Shown: piece by piece, positions 30,703 through 41,106 of the stretch
How positions within the stretch are numbered: position 1 is the stretch's first letter
Layout of the letters: each line of letters begins with the position of its first letter
From: a virus
Virus record (IMG/VR): IMGVR_UViG_3300025133_000073
Location: 1 to 64,000 of that record
Reading direction: 5' to 3' (one strand)
DNA: 64,000 nt
Made by a program: the position numbers and the translations under genes
Notes under the pieces: generated by a model
The model's input: only the letters and a program-made list of their open reading frames with translations
Database searches by the model: none
Told to the model about the DNA's origin: nothing

Positions 30703-33700
30703 TAACCATCGAATCTATGATCCATTTCATCAGTAAAGTCAGAAGATGATGTACCGAAGCCATCTGTGAAACCCCCTACATTCACTTGCCAGTTTCCGTC
30801 TTTATCTTGCCAAACGGTCACTCCTTCGTCCTTTCCTCCTGCGGTACGACTCGCTCCTGCATTATGTGCATACGCAAGGACCATCATCTGCTGCTTTGTC
30901 GAAAGTTCGCTAAAATTGTCCATATCATTCTTAAGTTTTCTGTAATTCTTAGCAGAGTACGCATAGAACAATTCTGCTTGAAGATCGTGGTCATCTTCTA
31001 ATTCATCAATTGTAGGAATAGGCTTCCCAATATCCCTTGCTGCATCTCTGATAGCATCGTTTCCTAATTGAAAATGACCTTTGTACTGCCCTTTGTAACC
31101 GCCATACATCTCATTGTCCGTACCATCTGAAGATTCTTTAGCCATGATACCTGCTGTATATTCTGCGATCATTTCATCACTGACGTCGTCATTAATGAAT
31201 CCTTCTCGGAAATTTCCAAATGAAGATAATTTTGTAAATCGTGTTCTCCAATCTGTAGGAATGTCGTCTCCTTTCCTACTACGACGTTCTCCTGTAGCAG
31301 CTTCTGTTCTACGTGCCATCTCATCAGGATCTCCTGATCGGGAATAAGTAACATCCATTATATGACTCATCAACTGTCCTCTTGAAAGTCTGTCAGGATT
31401 CTCAGGAGGTCTGTTTATACCATACTTATCAGGATCTCTCAATATGTCAGATATCTCAGCAACTTTGCCATTGGGAGTATTTGTCTTCCCCCGATGGATC
31501 GCCCACGTGTTATCCATATTCTTTTTGATCACAAGATCATCCATCGCTTCAAGAACATTATCAGGCTCAAACAATGGTACAGATGTTATCATTCCTTTTC
31601 CAATGGTCTCCATTGAAGTTTGAATAGCATCCATGATATGAAGGGCTCTTACCTGATCATAGCTCATTGTACTGAATGCGGTCTCTGTAACGTCTATTTC
31701 GTATAGGTTACTCTCAACATAGAACGGATTGTCTGCAGATTCAGGTTTAGTTTTATCAAAACTTTGATTTTTCTTTTTGTATTTTCCGCTGACAAACACC
31801 TTATTATGATCTTGATCATAACGATATTCTTCTGCATGATATTGATGACCTATGAAGTAATCCGTGCCTCCATCCTGTGTAAACAATTTATGTCGGGTCA
31901 TGCCGTCCTCTCCTTCTTCATTAGGAGCATTCAGTCTGACATTATTGTAATATATGCCTCCTGAACCATTTTCAGCAATATCCTTAGCGGCAGTTATCAA
32001 AGCTCTGTGAGAAGCCAACTGATCCTTTGATACCGTCTCAGTGTCCTCAGTAGAAAAGAGTGGATACATCAATGGCGCAAATTCGCTTGCTCCGAATTTA
32101 GTAGCAAGTTGCTGATCATATATGTCCATGAATTTATCATGTGCTCGTAGACCAAGAATATCTCCTGTACCTTGCCAAATACTTCTGACCTTTTTTACAA
32201 CACTTGCATTAAAGTCAGCTACACTACTGAAAGACATTGTCTTCATTGCTATCTTCACCGCTCTCGGAAGATCAGACCTATCAATACGGTTATTAACCTC
32301 ATCCATTGTTTCTTTATCAGCAGATGTATTAGCAACAATGGTGTTCAGATCTTTTTCAACTTCTCCCCATCTACCTGTTCCCTGATTTTTGAATTTACCA
32401 TTCTCATCAAGGACAGGAACTGTTATACCTGCTTCAACAGCTTCAATGGAAGCATCGCGATAAGCAGCGGCTACCTTCTTCTGCCGAGCAAAGTGAGCTT
32501 CTCCTCGTTTACGGGCTTCCTGATTGACCTGATCAATTGTCATTGTATATGCTGTGCCGCCAGGAACAGGGATCTCAGATCGACTGTTCATCAACTCAGT
32601 AGTAAAAGATTCTATTGTCTTCTCCAGAACATCCTGTTGTTCAGCTGCTGAGAAAGCAAATATGTTGGAATGATTGACCCCATTGCGAGTAGTTTCAGGA
32701 AGTCCTGTCTTCTTGTTTATGGGTGTATCAGGTTCATCATATGGATTCATTCCTGTAAGGTCTGCTGCTGCAATTGATGGAGATGATGATCCTCCTATTT
32801 CTGAATCTGTTACTGCAGAAGGCATGATAGGTCCAGTTCTTGCTCCTCCTCCGAATAGCCCTCCGTCTCCGCCTACTCCTCCTCCTCCGCTCTTTGGAGT
32901 CTTAGGAGATGTAGATGTTTCACTGGTGTTGAGTTTTATCATCTTGGAAGCTTCAGCCATCAGTTCCTTTTTAAGATCACTATAAGTGAACTCTCTTCCC
33001 TGTATACGTTCCTGATATTGTCGCATTGCAATATGCTTCTGCAGTTCTCCGTCAGCTCCTCCTGCTTGATCAAGTCTTCCGTGTCCATATGGATCACTCG
33101 ATAATTGTTCAAGGGCGGGCTTCACCTTTCTACCTATCTGTGTCAGATCAAGACTTGAATCTTTAGTTGTGACCGTTGCTATCAATTGACCTGTATCAGG
33201 ATCTTCAACATATCCATGATTGGTTATAGCATCCGCTTTGATCGGATCAAGAAAGGTCTTATATGCAATAGGAGCTCCTTTTGTTGACAGCCTATTGTAC
33301 ATGTCACCTGTTACCATACCCCCTGCTTTTATAATAGCTTCTTTATCGGGTATTGTCCACGTGTGAGCATCAGGATTGTGAATCCCATACGCATCAGTGG
33401 TCCCGTAACCTTCTTTGAGCGTCTCAGCAAGGATAGCGTTCTTCATATTGAAATCAGACTTTACAAACTTTGCACGATTGTCATTTTCCCATCCTTGTCG
33501 CATTTTCCATATGGCATCAGTTACTCCTGAATAATCCAGTTCGCCACTACGATATCTTGATGTAATATCAGCAACCGCAGCGTCCCTATCAGCATTGACC
33601 ATGCGAGCATCATCTGGAGTAGCAAGCCCTGGTTCGACATGCATCTCTGATCTTACCTTATCAAGAACACCTGTGACATTATCATCTCTATTCCTCTGAT

Positions 33701-33794
33701 ACTGCGCCATAGCGAACATCTTCTCGAAAGGAAAAGGTTCATAGGTCTGTTGCATAGCAGCAGGGTTGAACTGTGTAAATCTATTGACTCCCAT
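30702..33794 (-). CDS. Virion cargo protein (1030 aa) with C-terminal lysozyme/transglycosylase-like domain
   Basis: Conserved-type N-terminus NRF...YEPFPF, a Gly-rich linker, and C-terminal IMAKESSDG...YKGHFQLG...LAYAHNAG. Confidence 0.7.
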   Translation of the reverse strand: MGVNRFTQFNPAAMQQTYEPFPFEKMFAMAQYQRNRDDNVTGVLDKVRSEMHVEPGLATPDDARMVNADRDAAVADITSRYRSGELDYSGVTDAIWKMRQGWENDNRAKFVKSDFNMKNAILAETLKEGYGTTDAYGIHNPDAHTWTIPDKEAIIKAGGMVTGDMYNRLSTKGAPIAYKTFLDPIKADAITNHGYVEDPDTGQLIATVTTKDSSLDLTQIGRKVKPALEQLSSDPYGHGRLDQAGGADGELQKHIAMRQYQERIQGREFTYSDLKKELMAEASKMIKLNTSETSTSPKTPKSGGGGVGGDGGLFGGGARTGPIMPSAVTDSEIGGSSSPSIAAADLTGMNPYDEPDTPINKKTGLPETTRNGVNHSNIFAFSAAEQQDVLEKTIESFTTELMNSRSEIPVPGGTAYTMTIDQVNQEARKRGEAHFARQKKVAAAYRDASIEAVEAGITVPVLDENGKFKNQGTGRWGEVEKDLNTIVANTSADKETMDEVNNRIDRSDLPRAVKIAMKTMSFSSVADFNASVVKKVRSIWQGTGDILGLRAHDKFMDIYDQQLATKFGASEFAPLMYPLFSTEDTETVSKDQLASHRALITAAKDIAENGSGGIYYNNVRLNAPNEEGEDGMTRHKLFTQDGGTDYFIGHQYHAEEYRYDQDHNKVFVSGKYKKKNQSFDKTKPESADNPFYVESNLYEIDVTETAFSTMSYDQVRALHIMDAIQTSMETIGKGMITSVPLFEPDNVLEAMDDLVIKKNMDNTWAIHRGKTNTPNGKVAEISDILRDPDKYGINRPPENPDRLSRGQLMSHIMDVTYSRSGDPDEMARRTEAATGERRSRKGDDIPTDWRTRFTKLSSFGNFREGFINDDVSDEMIAEYTAGIMAKESSDGTDNEMYGGYKGQYKGHFQLGNDAIRDAARDIGKPIPTIDELEDDHDLQAELFYAYSAKNYRKLKNDMDNFSELSTKQQMMVLAYAHNAGASRTAGGKDEGVTVWQDKDGNWQVNVGGFTDGFGTSSSDFTDEMDHRFDG

Positions 33795-33796
33795 GA

Positions 33797-35905
33797 TTAT
33801 TTCGTTTTACCGAATATTTTAGCGAACATCATTTTGACCATTGTGTCATTGTCGATCTTCTGACCTTCATTGAGAACAGATGATACTCCTTGTCCTATGC
33901 CTTGCATGGCAGCAAATTTATTGGTCTGATATTGTCCTTTGTTGGCAGCAGTTGCCTGCTGTGCCTGAATCTCATTACCTATGTTGTATTGAGATGCCTG
34001 ATTGTCTATGCCTACATTGGCATTCTGTATCTGCTCTCTTATTCCTGATCGGGACCCTGCTTCCTGCGTAGCAAGTGCTGATAGAGCTCCAAGATCTAAA
34101 CGACCCTGCTGTCTCATAGCTTCTCTTGCTGATGCATAAGAATCCCGTGCTTCACGAAGAGGTACAAGTCCACTCATGTGCTTAGGAGAATATTTAGGAT
34201 AGCTCACTCTGTCGTAATCCTTACCCTCTCCGAAGAGGTAAGCAAGATTAGGTGCTATCTGTGCAAGTGCTCCTATACCTGATTGAATATATTTACCTGT
34301 GTTATCGGTCTTAGCCTTCTTAGGATCTTTAGGATCTTTAGGATCTTTAGGATCTTTAGGATCTTTAGGATCTTTAGGTCTTTTATCAGGATTGTCATAA
34401 TTACCACTTACGTTCTGTTCAAAGTACAGTTGGTCTGAATCCTTTTCAGAGATCACATATGGATCATCTTCAATTGATACAGGATCTTCCTTATCCAATA
34501 TTTCCATAAAAGGCCATGCGTAATCAACCTTAGGTTGAGATGGAGAACCTCCTTTTTCTGCACCTACTCCGCCAGGTCGTTCTGCATTGACCGCTTGTAA
34601 ATACTCCTGTAATGCTTCTTGATCCCACTCTAACGCCTGAGGGTTGATAGGAGCAGTGTTGAAATCTGTACTCCATGGATCGTTCGGATCAGTAGGATCA
34701 GTATAGTTAACACCTCCTGGTGCAAAACTACGTGCTCCTCCGTTAGCCATATGTCTTACTCCTCCTGTACCTACACTACGTGGTACGTTTATCTTAGGTG
34801 CTACTCTGTTCTGTATACCTTTTGGTGTATTATATGAAGTTCCTGCTGCAGCACGTTCTCTACCTAATGTTGCGATCATTTCTTTATTGGCACCTCGTTC
34901 TACAAAAGCTCTTCTTTTCTTTTCTAAAGCTGCGTCTCCTACTCCGCCTATTCCTCCAAATGCTATTAAATTTAGGAAGTTTGCCCCGATCGCATCACCT
35001 GTAGATATTGCACCACTCTTATGATCAGCAGCAATATCAAAAGTTGACCCCATAGGATCAGCCATGCCTCCGAAATATGCAGCAACTTCAGCCCCCTCTT
35101 TATTATCGTCTGCACGAGCAGCATCTCTACCTGCTTCAAAACCGCTTGATATCCCTTTTCCTGCCCCGTAGAACTGACCTACGAATGGAATTGCAGAAGC
35201 AACGGCATCAACTGATGCTTCACCTGCCTGCATTCCTGCATCTTTTTGTCCCACTCCTTCTGCTGCATAAGGATCGTTTGGAGCAAGTCCACTTAATCCT
35301 TGCCCTAAAGCGCCTGCAGCCTTTGCATAACCTGCAACAGAGCTTACTGAACCTGGGTGTCCTTGAGGACTGTTATCTCCTATGCCAGTACTTGCACTAC
35401 GTTCAGAGCCTGCAGGTATAGCAGGTGCTCCTGATAGGTCTTCTGTAGGAAGTTGTGTAAGATCTGCAGTAGGCATGCCTGTATAAGAAACTCGTTCGGC
35501 AGTAGGGTCTTCCATTATGTCTGGGATAGAATACCGACCGTTATATCCTCCCTGTGCATACTTTCTTCGAGCTCCTCCCTGAGCAAATGTCTCCTGTCCT
35601 CCTGCAAGCGGGTCGATACCCTCTGCAAGTAGATCTGACATTTCACTTTGGACGACCTCTTCAGCCTGCATGTAGAAACTTCTGTCTGAAACAGGATCAC
35701 CTACTCTCTTTTCACGGAGTTTGTCAAGTTTCTCAAGGCGTACCTTATTAAGGGATTCCTTCCTCACAATGAACTCTGCATCGGGGGAAGACGGGAATGT
35801 GATCCCTATCTCTCCACCCTCTACATAGTCACCGTTGTATTCGATACCATTTTCAATGGCATGGGGATAACCCTCGAACTTCTTCAATCTTGAGTTTTCA
35901 GACAT
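33797..35905 (-). CDS. Virion cargo protein (702 aa), first gene of the cargo cluster
   Basis: Directly downstream of the muzzle gene as in crAss synteny. Gly/Ala-rich hydrophobic segments, AxGG motifs, PKD repeat, N/Q-rich C-terminal coil. Confidence 0.7.
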   Translation of the reverse strand: MSENSRLKKFEGYPHAIENGIEYNGDYVEGGEIGITFPSSPDAEFIVRKESLNKVRLEKLDKLREKRVGDPVSDRSFYMQAEEVVQSEMSDLLAEGIDPLAGGQETFAQGGARRKYAQGGYNGRYSIPDIMEDPTAERVSYTGMPTADLTQLPTEDLSGAPAIPAGSERSASTGIGDNSPQGHPGSVSSVAGYAKAAGALGQGLSGLAPNDPYAAEGVGQKDAGMQAGEASVDAVASAIPFVGQFYGAGKGISSGFEAGRDAARADDNKEGAEVAAYFGGMADPMGSTFDIAADHKSGAISTGDAIGANFLNLIAFGGIGGVGDAALEKKRRAFVERGANKEMIATLGRERAAAGTSYNTPKGIQNRVAPKINVPRSVGTGGVRHMANGGARSFAPGGVNYTDPTDPNDPWSTDFNTAPINPQALEWDQEALQEYLQAVNAERPGGVGAEKGGSPSQPKVDYAWPFMEILDKEDPVSIEDDPYVISEKDSDQLYFEQNVSGNYDNPDKRPKDPKDPKDPKDPKDPKDPKKAKTDNTGKYIQSGIGALAQIAPNLAYLFGEGKDYDRVSYPKYSPKHMSGLVPLREARDSYASAREAMRQQGRLDLGALSALATQEAGSRSGIREQIQNANVGIDNQASQYNIGNEIQAQQATAANKGQYQTNKFAAMQGIGQGVSSVLNEGQKIDNDTMVKMMFAKIFGKTK
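34321..34378. repeat. Perfect 9-bp tandem repeat (TAGGATCTT) x6 plus a partial copy, encoding (PKD)6
   Basis: Seen directly; protein DKRPKDPKDPKDPKDPKDPKDPKK. Confidence 0.97.
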
Positions 35906-35910
35906 CGCTA

Positions 35911-35942
35911 CAAATATAGTTTAGATTCATTCATGTATCAAG
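35911..35942 (-). promoter_or_regulatory. Bacteroidota primary-sigma type promoter (TTG-N20-TATATTTG) for the cargo operon
   Basis: The minus strand reads CTTGATACATGAATGAATCTAAAC-TATATTTG-TAGCG-ATG, matching the -33/-7 consensus TTTG-N19-21-TAnnTTTG. Confidence 0.7.
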
Positions 35943-35957
35943 TATGATTTTCTAATT

Positions 35958-38900
35958 TTACTTTAGGAATACCCTAATGGAATTAATTAGATAATGTAAC
36001 TTAAACTCTTTATCATCATTGTTTGTAAATTCAAACTTCTGTTTGCAGTAGTGACTGCGTATTCTATTCTTCGTTCCCTGTTCATATACGATATTATGTC
36101 TCCACTCACGTAATCTACGAATGAACTCTGTACGCTCCCCTGTCGTTTGATAAGGATTCCATACTGTCAATTTTGAGAAGGTCTCATCAGTGAGCTCTAC
36201 TCCGTTGGCATCAAAGACCTCAGTGAGCCATCTCATATAATCAAATACCTTAGGGTATGACGCATGCTTATTTACCACAATGGTAACATGTGAAGTAGAG
36301 GGGTCGTTTCCGTAGAATACCCCTCTATCTCCTTTATCATGTAAGTACCCGTCTTCTCCGTTATCAGGGTCAGGTGATATTAAATGTTTATTATTATTGA
36401 TATACATGGTAGGCTTGTATGATCTGAATGATGTGAACCGTTGATGTTTATCGTCATATGCGATAGTGAATGCATTAGCTTCATACTCAGGTCTTACTTC
36501 ACCTGCTACATCATAATCTGTAATATCATTCGCATCATGGAATGTGATAAGGAATTCTTTATTCCTGTTATCATATGTTGCTGTGATACCTGCTCTGTAC
36601 GCTCCTATAGGAAGAATACCATCATGTTGAAGTATCTGCCCTCTTGTATTCTCATATAACCATCCTTTGATCCTATCCTGAGTAAGATCTACAATTCCCT
36701 GTTGTGAATACATGTAGATGCCTCCATCCTTCTTATCAAAGAAAGTGAAAGCTTCAGCAGACTGAGCAAAGCTGAATTGATGCCAAGCACCCATTACTGT
36801 GGACAGGTAATCATATCTCGGAAGTACTCCTGATTTACCTATGACTATTCCTTTACCTTCGCTATCGTTGAGAACAGATCGATCATTTACTGATGCTACT
36901 CCTATGCCTCTTTCTTGAAAAGCAATGAGTGTATCGCTCTGATTGATCAATTGTCTGATCTCTCCAAGATCTCCACGGATATCAATATACGTCTCTCCAT
37001 CAAATAATCTCCACGCATCTGTCAGTTCACCATATACTTTCGTTGCTGATGCCCAGATACGTACAGGATGTACATTCTCGTAATCAGCATTGACAGGTAT
37101 AGGAAATGAACGTTGAGTATCCATCATCTGAGAATAGACATAATTATAAGCAAACCATTCTCCTTTTTGCTCCATAACAAATAGATCAGGCTCAGACGGT
37201 AAAGGATCGTTTCCCCACCAGTAACCTGACGGATTCTGTTTACCATTGAGATGATAACCTTCTCTAAGATCTGTATTGACCGAAGATTCTACAGGAAAAT
37301 ATACTCCTGCCATAGAACGTCTATGTCCTGTATAATTAGGTCCTCCTGATCCTACATCATCATTATCGTCTTCTACCAGATTTTTTACCATCTTAAGAGT
37401 ATCAAAGATGTTCACAAACGTATCTCCTCCATAAGAATCGACCGTATAAGATGAGGCATCAGTAATCTTAATGATAGTACCTGTATTGATATATTGATTG
37501 GTAGTACGTGCAGCATGCGTCTGACCACCATATGCTCCATCGTTATCACGTACGATATTTACCATATATTTATCGGGTCGAGCAGTTCCAGTAGTTACTT
37601 GCATACCCAGAGGATCAAAGGAGAGACCTGAACCTCGTGCATTGGGCTGATATTTAACGCTAAAGCCTTCGTCAAGAGCAAGAACTGTAGTGTCAGATCC
37701 ACGTGAATAACGTCCTCCCTCTACGTTATTCACACCTTTTAACGGGTGCGAAAGAGTTCCCTCAATCCACAGACTTCTATTTTCAAACTTACTACCATCT
37801 ATTGTAAAATCGTCATCCCATCCGCAGCTTTGTCCTGCCCTAATTTCACGATATGGACCAAACAACGGGACTTCAAGAGGAACTCCTTGATATAATTTCC
37901 AGAATGCTCCATTTTGTACTTGCTTATTGTTTTGATCATCACTTTTGAATTTGACATTGTCATATTCAATTATGCCCTGTACAATCTTTATACGATCCCC
38001 TGGACGATGATCATAGGTTTTACCGAATAAGAAATCGGGTGACTGCAACGTAACTATTCTTTGAGTACCATTTCTTACCTGTACCTCATTAGCTTCTTGA
38101 TCATACCCCACTCCGTAATCTTTCCAAGGAGTGTAAGTAGATAATTGTTGACCAAGAGAACTTGTCTCATATGCATAGTTTAACGTATGGTTCACATGAT
38201 AATAACTACCATTAGTATGATCATTGCCTAAAGGAAGCATGTACGAATTATTACGAGTATCAAGCATGGTATAATGAATCATCCCCTGTGCTATAACGGA
38301 CTTATCCTTATCTTCTATTTTAACACGTTTGATCCTGAACTCATCTACTTGTTCACGAATATCTGCAGGTACGTTTACTGTAAATTCAATACCGAGCGCA
38401 TTGACATGCCATGTTTTAGTTCCCGTTTTAGTAGCAAGAGGAAATATCTTACCTTCATTCTCAGGAGCATCAAGCGGATGCGCCTCTTGATAATCCTCAA
38501 AGATGTCAGGCATGCGTATGTCACCTACCCATTTTGCATATCCCTCTCTACCGTCCTTTACAGGTACAAGTGAGTAACGATATGTCTCACCTCTTCTGTG
38601 ACTACGGTAGATGTGATCAATATAAGGCGACTTGAAGTCAGGCCAAGAATCTCCTGTTTCATAATTTGATCCTCCTACATTTACAGATCCTGGTGTATGA
38701 TGGTATATCCATCTCCACGGATAGGCATATGCGTTTGTTTCTCTATAATCAGCGGCAAGGGGCTTATCAACAAATTTATAACTTACGTTGGGACCTTCTC
38801 CTCCGAGTGTTTCACCATCTGATTGATATCTGTATATCTCCTGATCCTGATTAATAGCATCAGCATCTTCCTCGTATTCAAAAGGAAAACTCGGTAGAAG

Positions 38901-40370
38901 TAAAGTTGTAGTAGATACGGGATCAGGAGTATTATTGGACAGTACTAATCCGTGAGATTGCGCCACAGGAGCCAGTATAAGTGTTGGAGGAGTTGTCGAA
39001 TGGTCATAAGAATCTTGAGGAGTACGTGATGCAAACCTATATGCTCTCGCATCAAAATCGATATCGAATTGATCACCGCTTGTATTTGCTGCAAATAGGA
39101 TATTATCCTTTTGTGCTATGGTATAACATTTTCTGAACAGATTACTGAGTTTTGTGAACGCCACTTCAGTGATCGTAGATGCCTCCTCTGTTCCTGTGTG
39201 CTTGTAATAGATGGTTGAACTTGATGCAGGTATCTCAGCAACCTTGTCAATAAAGGTCACACCGTTCTCATCTTCCTTTCTTAGGATGATAATGTCAATA
39301 TACTCGAATGAGGTATCAACATTATCGATCTTGATGATGAATGCGTTATTTGAAACTGTCTGACTTTCTGCGCCGTTATAGGTCTGATAAGAATTATTAA
39401 TACTATCGTCAGTGATGAATATACTGTTCGATGTATGTGCGTAAGGAGTTACACCTCCTGCAAGAGTACGTAACGCATATGACACCTGATAATGACCTAC
39501 AAGTAATGATCCTCCATCGACAACTTCCTCCAATGTAGGTTTGTCCAATTGTATGTCGAGAGATATCCCAATGGTACTCGGACTTACTGCCATCAGGTTC
39601 TCATCTGCAAAATTGATCGATTTGAGGTCGTTCAGTCTATCTGTCCAATATGAACGTGCAATACTTGGAGTTTCATGTACTGTCTCTATGCCTCCAGGAT
39701 TAGCAATAGGAAACTGCTGTGTAACATTCAAAAGGTCTGAATACAGAAGTGAGATGGTAGAAGTAAGAGTGACATCATCTATTTCTAATTTATACCACGA
39801 ACCTACTCCGCCTGTAGATGTATTATCATTTGTAACAAGTAGATATATGGTATTATCAGCATTGTCCCATCCTATGATCTTCTGATCGAGCTGCGCTACC
39901 TGTAGAGTATATTCGGTATAAGATGATGCTGCGCTGAACGATATGATCTCCGTAGTATATGACCACACACGCAGTCTATTACCTATACGTGCCACATTGA
40001 GATTCAACGTAGGAAAGTCATTATTCAATGAATCCTCTATCTGATCTACAAAATCATCAACATCAGTATTCGTTCCTGTAATTAATGAACCTGTTGCAAT
40101 TCCTGATGATGTGACAAGTTGCGTAGATGTAGTAAATAAGGATGTAAGTGCGCTTTCAACTACCTCTATTGTAATAATGTTAGGCGTGTCAGGAACAGTG
40201 AATAGAAATTCATTCCCTTTCACGTTGGTCACTATATAGTCTGAAGCTCCCGCATTAGAATTGAGTCTAATATCGAGAGCATCTTCGTAAGTGGTATTCT
40301 CTTTAGCGGTATCTGCAATATCCTTTACAAGACCTTTGGCAAACCCGTTTGCGATCTCTTCTGCTTTCAT
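35958..40370 (-). CDS. Tail stabilisation / muzzle protein (P22 gp10-like, beta-propeller)
   Basis: N-terminal F..GL..D...TYEDALDIR, YWTD..N, RSHRRGETYRY, YVKWVGDIRMP-type motif, YGGDTFV, and RIRSHY at the C-terminus. Position between the ring protein and cargo genes. Confidence 0.85.
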   Translation of the reverse strand: MKAEEIANGFAKGLVKDIADTAKENTTYEDALDIRLNSNAGASDYIVTNVKGNEFLFTVPDTPNIITIEVVESALTSLFTTSTQLVTSSGIATGSLITGTNTDVDDFVDQIEDSLNNDFPTLNLNVARIGNRLRVWSYTTEIISFSAASSYTEYTLQVAQLDQKIIGWDNADNTIYLLVTNDNTSTGGVGSWYKLEIDDVTLTSTISLLYSDLLNVTQQFPIANPGGIETVHETPSIARSYWTDRLNDLKSINFADENLMAVSPSTIGISLDIQLDKPTLEEVVDGGSLLVGHYQVSYALRTLAGGVTPYAHTSNSIFITDDSINNSYQTYNGAESQTVSNNAFIIKIDNVDTSFEYIDIIILRKEDENGVTFIDKVAEIPASSSTIYYKHTGTEEASTITEVAFTKLSNLFRKCYTIAQKDNILFAANTSGDQFDIDFDARAYRFASRTPQDSYDHSTTPPTLILAPVAQSHGLVLSNNTPDPVSTTTLLLPSFPFEYEEDADAINQDQEIYRYQSDGETLGGEGPNVSYKFVDKPLAADYRETNAYAYPWRWIYHHTPGSVNVGGSNYETGDSWPDFKSPYIDHIYRSHRRGETYRYSLVPVKDGREGYAKWVGDIRMPDIFEDYQEAHPLDAPENEGKIFPLATKTGTKTWHVNALGIEFTVNVPADIREQVDEFRIKRVKIEDKDKSVIAQGMIHYTMLDTRNNSYMLPLGNDHTNGSYYHVNHTLNYAYETSSLGQQLSTYTPWKDYGVGYDQEANEVQVRNGTQRIVTLQSPDFLFGKTYDHRPGDRIKIVQGIIEYDNVKFKSDDQNNKQVQNGAFWKLYQGVPLEVPLFGPYREIRAGQSCGWDDDFTIDGSKFENRSLWIEGTLSHPLKGVNNVEGGRYSRGSDTTVLALDEGFSVKYQPNARGSGLSFDPLGMQVTTGTARPDKYMVNIVRDNDGAYGGQTHAARTTNQYINTGTIIKITDASSYTVDSYGGDTFVNIFDTLKMVKNLVEDDNDDVGSGGPNYTGHRRSMAGVYFPVESSVNTDLREGYHLNGKQNPSGYWWGNDPLPSEPDLFVMEQKGEWFAYNYVYSQMMDTQRSFPIPVNADYENVHPVRIWASATKVYGELTDAWRLFDGETYIDIRGDLGEIRQLINQSDTLIAFQERGIGVASVNDRSVLNDSEGKGIVIGKSGVLPRYDYLSTVMGAWHQFSFAQSAEAFTFFDKKDGGIYMYSQQGIVDLTQDRIKGWLYENTRGQILQHDGILPIGAYRAGITATYDNRNKEFLITFHDANDITDYDVAGEVRPEYEANAFTIAYDDKHQRFTSFRSYKPTMYINNNKHLISPDPDNGEDGYLHDKGDRGVFYGNDPSTSHVTIVVNKHASYPKVFDYMRWLTEVFDANGVELTDETFSKLTVWNPYQTTGERTEFIRRLREWRHNIVYEQGTKNRIRSHYCKQKFEFTNNDDKEFKLHYLINSIRVFLK

Positions 40371-41104
40371 GATCTATATCCTGTGTGATTCCGCATGACC
40401 TGTTGTTTACCAAGGTCTCTGAACCCACTATTTGATTCGTTTCTGAATGTTACAAGTCTTCTGAACTGACCTCCGATACTCTCCATCTTATCTCTGTTCG
40501 GAACAAGAGGCTTCGTCTGTGCTTTACCCATGTACCATGCGCGTTCCTGCTGAAGCAGTCTATACTTGTCTCCTCTGAGCTTATCTCTGAGAAACAGCTT
40601 ATAACCTATGCGTTCTGCCACATATGCTACGACCATCTGCTTGAAGACCTCATCGTCAGGTATAAGAGGGAATCCTCTATCATCTACGGGGAATGCATGA
40701 TATGCCATCTCGATCTCACCTGTATCAAAATTGGTGAAGATGTAATTATCATTCACCTTATAGGTCAGATCTGATCTACACTGAAGATCCACACAATCAG
40801 CAGCATGTCTGCTGAAATGAAAGGAATCAGTAGAATATCTCAATGGAGCTCCGTCACACATGCGTGTCTGAATGATATCTCTCAGATCACATGGGAGTTC
40901 TCCCCTGCCGTCCACTATTGTAATGAATGGATGATCAACACCGTCAGTAATGCGTTCCTTATACTGCATAGGAGTATTAGCAAGATCGATAGCGTCACCT
41001 ATCCATTCTGCAATATTCACCCAATCAGTATCTACAGTGAATCCCGTATCACGGTAAACACGTTCTACTATTGTCTCTAAGCCAACATATTTTCCGTTCA
41101 ACAT
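40367..41104 (-). CDS. Tail tubular / ring protein (P22 gp4-like)
   Basis: IAEWIGDA...GRGELPCDL...YIFTNFDTGEIEMAY...DDRGFPLIPD pattern; immediately upstream of the muzzle gene. Confidence 0.8.
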   Translation of the reverse strand: MLNGKYVGLETIVERVYRDTGFTVDTDWVNIAEWIGDAIDLANTPMQYKERITDGVDHPFITIVDGRGELPCDLRDIIQTRMCDGAPLRYSTDSFHFSRHAADCVDLQCRSDLTYKVNDNYIFTNFDTGEIEMAYHAFPVDDRGFPLIPDDEVFKQMVVAYVAERIGYKLFLRDKLRGDKYRLLQQERAWYMGKAQTKPLVPNRDKMESIGGQFRRLVTFRNESNSGFRDLGKQQVMRNHTGYRS

Positions 41105-41106
41105 GG

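Noticed and set aside
34321-34378. Tandem repeat as a CRISPR array or phase-variation tract
   Set aside because: The 9-bp units have no spacers, and a unit length that is a multiple of three cannot frameshift.
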